Below, piece by piece: positions 20,949 to 29,485 of a stretch of 29,485 nucleotides of DNA. The position numbers and the translations under genes were made by a program. Source of the DNA: Octopus sinensis (lineage: Eukaryota); contig NW_021833194.1 of NCBI RefSeq assembly GCF_006345805.1, positions 1-29,485 on the forward strand. The letters are read 5' to 3'. How positions within the stretch are numbered: position 1 is the first letter of the stretch; each line of letters starts with the position of its first letter. The notes below the pieces were generated by a model that was not told the origin of the DNA, did no database searches, and saw only the letters and a program-made list of their open reading frames with translations.

Positions 20949-21172
20949 GTCGATGAAAAGTAGGTTCCCTTAGCAAATACTTATCCCTTTTCCAGTATTG
21001 TAAAGACACTGATATCGAAAAAGTGTAATCAAGCAATAATAAATCTTAGTGTTTTTGTTGTTCCATATTTGTCAGCAGTATTTTTATATAATCCTAAACT
21101 TATCATTTTTACACCACCTTCGACTTTTAATAATCTTTTCAAGTTAATAAAATATTTATTGCTATTGTTATG

Positions 21173-21203
<31 letters not shown>

Positions 21204-21268
21204 ACACTTGGTATTTTATTGTTGTTCTGCCGGTATTGGATTACTAGATACCAATTGTATTCCGTATA

Positions 21269-21349
<81 letters not shown>

Positions 21350-21699
21350 TTGTGTATGCATGTATATATATGTGTGTCTGTATGCGTGTGTGTGTGTTGA
21401 ACGTACGTGTGCGTGTGGTATTTATATACATTCCGTTCATTAGATATACAAGTGTCAAAAGTAGGTGCTATTGTAAACTATACATCGATTCCTTCTATAG
21501 TTCAGTTTTTCCATTTCCTTCTTTCTTTCTTTCTTTCGTTCTCTCCTCCTCCTCCCCCTCCCCCTCCTCCTCTCTTATTGTTTCCTCTACTCGTTTATTC
21601 AGTGGATGCTTTCTTAATTAGATAAGCTAATTAACGGTAAGACTTTAATAGCTCGAGAAGGCACAAACCAACCTCATCGACAATACTGAAAACTCAAAT

Positions 21700-21711
21700 A
21701 CAAACAACAAT

Positions 21712-21757
<46 letters not shown>

Positions 21758-21782
21758 CCGAAAATAGCAACAGCAACAATAA
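21700..21782. repeat. (AAC)n microsatellite
   Basis: Direct reading. Confidence 0.9.
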
Positions 21783-22201
21783 CCGAAGACTAAAACAGTT
21801 AATGTCAAAGACAACAATGCTTCCATGGATAAAGAATATTGGTAAAGAAGCTAAAAATGGAGTTGAAACAAAGAAACGAAATGAAAATCGAAATACACGA
21901 ATAAAATAAACATTGTCTAGACACGTTAATTAATTATTTTTTCTTAGATTGATTTCGCCATCATAGTGAGACCAAACTGGATTATCGCCTTCCGTCATAA
22001 TTTTTATCATAACTTTCTTATATCTACTTTTTAATGCTACTTTTGCGAGTTTAACGATTAAATTTATTTTCGCGTTGCAATTATGTTTATATCTTGGTTT
22101 CTCTGTCGCTATTATTACAATCATTGGACTCTCATATATGTGAATGTGTGTATGTGTGCATGCATAGTTCTCTTCTCTCTCTCTCTCTCTCTCTCTCTCA
22201 A

Positions 22202-22243
<42 letters not shown>

Positions 22244-22251
22244 CTCTAATC

Positions 22252-22314
22252 GGACACAGACTGTGTGTCGTTAGCCAGCTGGAGGAGATGTCTTCCTGAG
22301 GCTCTAAACAACAG
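22252..22314 (+). mobile_element. 3' fragment of the hammerhead-bearing element (no ribozyme)
   Basis: GACACAGACTGTGTGTC..TAGCCAGCTGGAGGAGATGTCTTCCTGAGGCT aligns with ~13350-13411; in (TA)n context. Confidence 0.7.
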
Positions 22315-22354
22315 ATACAAATATATATATATATTATATATATATATAATGTAA

Positions 22355-22410
<56 letters not shown>

Positions 22411-22718
22411 TATACAAGATAAGAAAATGGAGAAATACATCTAATCGAATATCAATTATCAGATAATACTCAATCACATACTTTATTAAACCACCACATA
22501 AGAGACTGTAGGGTTAAACATAAAAAAGCAGAACAAATCAGTGTACATAAAGGGATGTACATAAAAGAGTGATGTAGTATAATAAGTAGAATATATATAA
22601 AAAAGAGAATATACATATAAGTAAATATAAATATAAGTATAGATTACATCTTACAGCTGTTTCGGCCATGTAGATAAGTATGTCTCATTTTACCAATATT
22701 GGCCTTTTATGGTAGGTC

Positions 22719-22750
<32 letters not shown>

Positions 22751-22947
22751 ATATGTACGTATGTATGTATGGATGGATGGATCAAAACAGTTTGATTCAA
22801 ATTCATGGGTACTCTTGAGCTTTCAAGCGTCAAATTCGAAATGGTTGACGACCAGCATCAAACGAATTTGAATCAAACAGTTTTGATCCATACATGTAAC
22901 TCCAAATAAATTTGTTGAGTGTCCTTCTTTCGTTTGTCTACTCTCTC

Positions 22948-22985
<38 letters not shown>

Positions 22986-23719
22986 TATATATGTATAATG
23001 TGTGTGTATATATGTATGTATATCATATGTGTATGTACAAATGCATGTACAAGCATATATACATGTATATGTGTGCATGTGTGTGTATAATCACAATGAG
23101 GATATTTAAACCTCATAGAGGGATATTTTTTATCCAGGATACGCTAGTTTAATGCATTATATTATTCAATGAATATATTATATAAAATACCGTAAAATAT
23201 CAAATATTATTAATTAATCAACATATTCACCTACAATTGTTTCATATTGCAAGCAAAATTAAAATTACAAAACATATATATATATATAATATATATATAT
23301 ATATAATATATATATATATATATAATATATAAATATAATTTTGCATTTTAAATACCTTGGATGGAAAATCATCAGGGTGTACAAAGGACAGTACAAAGAT
23401 TACATTAGGATACGTTTGGAATACTCAGAATATATATATATGTATTTATTTACGTATATATGTGTGAATGTGTGTATGCACATGTACAACACACACACGC
23501 ACTCACATATATTAGCCGCATATGTCTATATGTATATGATTGGTATTCTTTGTAATATTACACTAAATGACTTTCATTTCATTTCATTGCCACCCCCGTT
23601 CCACCCCGGTGGATGGATGCAACAGGTGATATGCATTGTAATCACACATTGCGAGCAGAATGACACACGAGCCTTCCTTGTTTCTTTCTGTTCGAGCTGC
23701 TGCACATTCTATAAAGATG

Positions 23720-24080
23720 GTCGTGATGATGATGATGGTGATGATGATGGTGATGTGATGATGATGGTGATGGTGATGATGATGATGGTGATGGTGATGA
23801 TGAAGATGATGATGATGATGATGATGATGATGGTGGTGGTTATGGTGGTAGTGGTGATGATGATGATGATGATGATGATGGTGGTAGTGGTGATGAGGAT
23901 GAAGACGTTGACGGTGAAGATAAAAGAAAAGGATGATGATCGATGATGATGATGATGATGATGATAATGATGCTGGCGATATTGATGGCGATGATGATGG
24001 TGATGATAATGACAATGATGATAGCGATGATGATGATGACGATGACGATGATGGCATTGATGCTGGTGATATTATTAAGA
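23720..24080. repeat. (GAT/GGT)n array
   Basis: Direct reading. Confidence 0.9.
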
Positions 24081-24239
24081 AGGTAATCAGGTGTGTCTTA
24101 AAGAAGCTGCTGACACTTACATAAGTTCTATTCCCACCCCTTTCCCATCCGTTAATCCAACCCTCTACCCCATCACCTCTCTCAGGTAAGTTCTGTTGTT
24201 TAATAAGAAAACACTTTGACAGGTGAAAATCTATTTCTT

Positions 24240-24750
24240 ACATTGTGTGTGTGTGTGAATGTGTGTGAATGTGCGCATGTGTGTGAGTATGCGTATGACT
24301 ATGTGTGAGTATGTGTGTGTGTGACTGTATGTGTGTTTGTGTTTGAGTGTGTGGGCGTGTGTTTGTGTGTGTGTGGTGTGTTTGTGCGTGTGCGTGTATA
24401 TATGTATGTGCGTGTATGTGTGTACTTGAGTGTTTGTGTTTGTGTGTGTGTGTGAATGTGCGCGCGTATACGTGTGTTTGACTATGTGTACATGTGTGGG
24501 CGTGTGTTTGCGTGTGTGTATGTGTATTTGTGTGTTTGTGTTTGTGAGAGTAACTGCGTGTGTTTGTGAGAGTAACTGCGTTTGTGTGTATGTGTGTGAG
24601 TACGTATGTAGTGGGTGCGTGTGTATGTGTGTATTGTTCAGTCTTCTTGTATGCATCTCAGTGTATGTGTGCTTCTGTGAGCCACAATGAATTTTCGTGT
24701 GTCTGTGTACGTTTGTCTATGTATTTATGTATGTACGTATGTATATAAGT
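24240..24750. repeat. Degenerate (GT)n field
   Basis: Direct reading. Confidence 0.9.
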
Positions 24751-25016
24751 ATATATGTGCATTCCCAGTGTATATATATATATATTCCCAATGTTTCATT
24801 AATTAATAATGTGATCCTGTCCCTGGTTACCTGCATGTAGGAAAAATAGGATAGGATGGTCACAGTTGAATTGTCTTTGATCACAGGTCTGTTCGATTAG
24901 GATTCGACCTGGGGTTAAACCATTAAGCCACAACAACTACAACAGTAGCTATACAATACACGAAGACATAATCATCCCTACGAACTAAATGCGATATCAT
25001 GGTCCTCTGATTCATG

Positions 25017-25085
25017 CTGCAGTTCCCGACCTTTTTTGTACCATGGATCATTTTCATGCAAGACAATTTTCCCCCACACTGGGAG
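25017..25085 (+). mobile_element. Single terminus of a Charlie/MER1-like hAT element
   Basis: CTGCAGTTCCCGACCTTTTTTGTACCATGGATCATTTTCATGCAAGACAATTTT resembles the recalled CAGCGGTCCCCAACCTTTTTGGCACCAGGGACCGGTTTCGTGGAAGACAATTTT end; no partner end found. Confidence 0.5.
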
Positions 25086-25383
25086 ATCACGCGCATAACA
25101 AAACACAATAAAGTGCATAATATATAATTTAATTATTACATATATAATAGATACATACGCACGTACCTATGTATATATATATATATAATGTATTGTTCCG
25201 TGATAGAGAGATCAACAAAAGAAAAAGTACTCTATATGCTGCCTCCTCAGCTTTTTCGCGTTTCTTTGCTTATTCAATTTTTTTGAGTTCGTTATATGTG
25301 GTTGATTCTTGATGAATATGTTTGAGATATTTCTCAATATATGAAACTATTAATAACACTATACATATATATATATATATATA

Positions 25384-25434
<51 letters not shown>

Positions 25435-25443
25435 CTATGTGTG

Positions 25444-25775
25444 GTTAGTTAGTTAGTTAGTTAATTTGGCTCAAAAGCAATATCAAGGCCATGTAGGGGG
25501 ACAGGAGTTAAGTACAGGGTGGTGTTCATGTAAAGAGTTCAGGCCACTTGAGGTCCGGGAGGCTTTTGAACAAAGCGGTCGTCGGCATCTTCACCATCCT
25601 TCTGGCAGCTTGTTCCACGGATCCGCAGGTAGAACTTTTCGGAATGACCCCGCAGCCGACGCTCTGGAGCAGGAGTGAAGAACAGGCTCTTTCGAGAGGT
25701 TACACTTTCCGCTTATGATGTTGTGGGCGAGAATGAGATCAACACGGGCGGCGGCGTTTTTCTAGAGAATACAGG
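25444..25775 (-). mobile_element. 3' end of a CR1-group LINE with (TAAC)n tail
   Basis: Minus strand with frameshifts: LYSLEKRRR..DLILAHNIISGK..RLRGHSEK..DPWNKLPE, the conserved CR1 ORF2 C-terminus; tail seen as (TTAG)n at 25445-25463. Confidence 0.85.
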
Positions 25776-25879
25776 TCGTGTGTGTGTATATATATATAAA
25801 GGTGTGTGTGTGTATATATATATAAATATATATATCTATATATATATATATATATATATAAATATATATATATGTGTGT

Positions 25880-25925
<46 letters not shown>

Positions 25926-26136
25926 GTGTGTGTACGTGTGTGTGTGTGCGTGTGTGTGTGTGTATGTATATAGGAAATGAGATGACAAAGAGGGATAAAA
26001 CGATTATTTTAGAAATTTATTAGCTTATGGCTGTTTCCTCTATAAGATGTGAACTCATAGTTGAGTGCCTGAAGTGTACGTGTATTGAGTTCTACACCAG
26101 ATTATTAGTGTCACAATGTCTAAGCGAAATATTGAA

Positions 26137-26200
<64 letters not shown>

Positions 26201-26220
26201 TGTGTGTGTGCGTGTGTGTG

Positions 26221-26410
26221 TGTTATCCAAGTGAAAGGTAAAGGCCAATACAACTTGGCACCAGTGACATCGTAACTCGTTTCAACAGACGAGTGAAATG
26301 GAGCAACGTGAAATAAAGCATCTTGCTCAAGAACACAACACATAATCAAGTCCACGAATCGAACACACGATCTCATGATTGTAAATCGACGCTCTTATCA
26401 TCGAGCCATG
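26221..26410 (-). mobile_element. CORE-type tRNA SINE, diverged
   Basis: Minus strand ATGGCTCGATGATAAG..GTTCGATTC head and TGTGTTCTTGAGCAAGATGCTTTATTTCACGTTGCTCC CORE-like block. Confidence 0.75.
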
Positions 26411-26779
26411 AGTCTACAATATCGAAAAATATACTTCACCTCGTTTCAAGACTGCCGGGTAAAATCTGAGTTGTCATTTCCAGCAGATTTACCGACCATG
26501 GGGAGCATTATTTAAAGTGAAATAAAACGTGGATCACTATTAATAGAGACACCCATCATTATGTAATGAATCTGAGGAAAAGGTTGCCTAGCAGATCCGA
26601 GGCTGTAGACGAGGTAGAATTTGAGCATAGTATGGCAATGTAACGAAACATTTGTCATTCAAACAGTATCCTCACTGTTATTAACATTGATTGGAGTAAC
26701 TATATCCTCTTTCCTTATGTTACATTTTTTCAGACAAGCAGATTGCGCAGCCTTGGAGTCCAATAGCAAAACTACAACA

Positions 26780-27206
26780 CTGCATAACACACATACACAC
26801 ACACACACACACTCTCTCTTCACACACACACACATTCACACAGGCACATGCAACACTCTCACACACACACACACACACATTCAAACAGGCACATGCAACA
26901 CTCATTCACACACACACGCACATGCAGATGCACACATACGCGCGCGCACAGACATTCAGATAAACATATACACACACAACACGCACACACGCATACACAC
27001 ATTAAAATACTCATACACACACACATACGTACGCGCGCACACACATGTTCAGATTCACACCCATACGTGCATGCATGTACGCACGCACACACAGAGAAAC
27101 AACCACATTCTCTCTCTCGCTTTCTCTCTCTTTCTCCCTCTCTTTCGCTTTCTCTCTCTTTCTCTCTCTCGTTCGCTTTCTCTCTCTTTTTCTCTCTCTT
27201 TCGCTT

Positions 27207-27244
<38 letters not shown>

Positions 27245-27250
27245 ACACAC
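26780..27250. repeat. (CA)n then (CT)n microsatellite field
   Basis: Direct reading. Confidence 0.9.
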
Positions 27251-27253
27251 ACA

Positions 27254-27382
27254 GAGTCACACTTTCCGCGTGGGTAAACGATTGACTCATCGTCGAAACT
27301 TTTTACAATTCCCTTATGCGGTTGACTCAGAGTAGTGACTCTTGGACGGGGATAAGCAATTCTGACTCGGAGCGCTGACTCT
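27254..27382. promoter_or_regulatory. Candidate enhancer: six TGACTC motifs (two perfect AP-1 TGACTCA)
   Basis: Sites at 27254 (reverse), 27283, 27323, 27336, 27363, 27376; function inferred from motif only. Confidence 0.4.
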
Positions 27383-27619
27383 CAGAGACAGTAAGTAGTA
27401 ATCCTTCTTACTCGTGGCGCGCCGTCGCCATCGTCGTTGTCCGCTGTCGCCGTCGTCGCCGCCACAATGGCCTTGCATCTATGTAATAAATCACCCCCAA
27501 CACCATCATCGTCATCACTGCACTCACAGCCACCACCACCACCACCACCACCACCACCACCATTGTCAACATGAATATAGTGTTCTGCACCAATGTAATA
27601 AATCATCATGTTCATTATT

Positions 27620-27633
27620 TCAATGAAGACGGC

Positions 27634-27665
<32 letters not shown>

Positions 27666-28154
27666 CGACTACCATGATGACGATGATGATGATGAGGATG
27701 ACAATGACGATGATGATGACGATGACAACAATGACGATGGTGATGAGGATGACGACGATGATGATGATGAAGACGACTACCCTGATGACGATGATGATGG
27801 TGATGATGATGATGACAATGACGATGATGATGACGATGACAACGATGATGATGACCTCGACGACAATGATGATGATGATGATGATGATGACAATGACGAC
27901 GACGACGATGATGATGATGATGATGATGATGACGATGATGATGACGATGATGATGATGATGATGACAATGATGACGACGACGATGATGATGATGATGATG
28001 ACGATGACAATGATGATGATGATGGTGATGTTGGTGTGGTTGCCATCACCATCATCACCATCGTCATAATCATTGTCTATGAACCTTCACACTTATTAGC
28101 AGTCTTTCTAATTCTGTTCACCACCACCACCACCACCATCTTCGCTCCGTCATC

Positions 28155-28200
<46 letters not shown>

Positions 28201-28262
28201 ACAACATCGTCGTCATCGTCACTGTCATCACTGTCATGAGTGGTGGTGGTGGTGGTGGTGGT
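27620..28262. repeat. (GAT/GAC)n array followed by complementary (CAT)n array
   Basis: Direct reading. Confidence 0.95.
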
Positions 28263-28859
28263 CAAACGGATGCAATGCCAGCATCCAATTTAGCATAAAG
28301 TAAAGGGTTAGCTGAGCAGAGAGAAAAAAACAACCCTAGAGAGGAGGAGGGGGGAGGGAAGAAGAGAAAGGAAGAGAGAGAGAGCGAAAGAGAGAGAGAG
28401 AGTGAGAGAAAGAGAGAGAGAGTGATAAATACAGAAAGAGAGAGAAAGCCTAAAAAAAAAACTAATACAAATGAACATAAAACAAACAAAAAAAAACCTA
28501 CAACTATTTGGGTCTGTTCCGTTAGAGTGATGTGGTGGCGTCGTCAGCGTAGGTGGTGGTGGTGGTGGTGGTGGTGATGGTGATGGTGATGGTTAGCCAT
28601 GTTGGCCCCAGAGTGGGGCAGTTGGGTGTTATAATGAAAAATTGGGATGAACGCACTTTTCCTATTGTTACACTCATTGTCATTGAGGAGGGGGAGGGGG
28701 TGAGGGCAGATAGTTTTGCTGTTGTTGTTGCTGTTGGTGTTGGTGGTGGTGTTGTTGTTGCTTGTGCCATTTTCTTTCTGCTTCTTTGTTTTTATTGTTC
28801 CTTTCACTTTTTTTTAATCTGTTTTTCTTTCTTTTCCATTTTCTTGTTATCTATGAATG

Positions 28860-28953
28860 TGTACATGCATGTGTGTGTGTGTATATATATATGTATACAC
28901 GCACACATATATATACATTTGCACATACATATATATAAATATATGTATATGTT

Positions 28954-29014
<61 letters not shown>

Positions 29015-29035
29015 CGTTTATCCTTTAATACACAT

Positions 29036-29069
<34 letters not shown>

Positions 29070-29246
29070 GCATGTATATATATATATAATATATATATAC
29101 ACACATATGTATATCTAGCGCTACGTATACGTGTGTATATATATATGTATATATGTGTGTGTGTATTTATCTATTTATCTATCTATCCATCTATTCACAT
29201 ATCTATCTATATGTACACACACACACACATAGACACGTACACACAT

Positions 29247-29300
<54 letters not shown>

Positions 29301-29320
29301 TGTGTATGTATGTATGTAAC
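28860..29320. repeat. (TA)n, (CTAT)n, (CA)n microsatellite block
   Basis: Direct reading. Confidence 0.9.
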
Positions 29321-29485
29321 CAGCTCTCTTCGTCTCTATCTTTTCTTCTTTCCAATACATTTTATTCCCCAACTCAACTGACCCTCTGACCCACGAATGA
29401 TTAATTACCTGTTAGGTGGGCGTTGAGGGGCTTCCCCCAATCTTACAACCAGACACAACCGCACCCCTGTCCTCTCCACATCTTA

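Noticed and set aside
24181-24191. Consensus donor CAG|GTAAGT
   Set aside because: No convincing upstream acceptor or open exon; such motifs are expected by chance in 30 kb.
26615-26660. GAAT-TTGAGCA..GAAACATTTGTC-ATTC hammerhead-like register
   Set aside because: G8 is C without a compensating change and stem II is poor; likely chance.
27283-27402. CRISPR-like repeat-spacer array
   Set aside because: Constant part only 6-7 nt, three units, eukaryotic context, no cas genes.
27571-28239. Poly-Asp ORF resembling acidic mollusc biomineralisation proteins (also 17548-18150 minus)
   Set aside because: Pure (GAT/GAC)n microsatellite, open in several frames, no signal peptide or splice structure; equivalent arrays occur on both strands in the window.

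Overview
Eukaryotic, AT-rich, microsatellite-saturated non-coding DNA with no recognisable intact protein-coding gene. The SINE families and repeat landscape point to a coleoid cephalopod, most likely Octopus (inference, no database search run). Almost all long ORFs in the track are microsatellite read-throughs. Supported content: many tRNA-derived SINEs (Meta-like and CORE-like bodies, some with 10-18 bp target-site duplications), decayed non-LTR retrotransposon pieces (an R4/Dong-type restriction-like endonuclease segment triplicated in 106-bp units, a Tx1/L1 zinc-knuckle end, a CR1 3' end, a probable RTE-derived non-autonomous element), a hAT MITE with a nested SINE, and a tandemly duplicated non-autonomous Helitron. 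The main finding is self-cleaving-RNA motifs. One minimal type I hammerhead ribozyme has an intact core at 538-585 (+). A ~190-nt dispersed element carries another hammerhead plus covarying hairpins, with copies at 13241-13432 (+) and 20758-20948 (-) and a 3' fragment at 22252-22314. Two decayed hammerheads are also present. All have palindromic stem III, the signature of dimer-cleaving Penelope/retrozyme-type hammerheads. Also notable: a 40-bp-phased cluster of AP-1-like TGACTC motifs (27254-27382) and a perfect 20-bp hairpin beside a candidate start-codon exon (11485-11594). All alignments and folds were done by eye; ribozyme activity is predicted, not shown.
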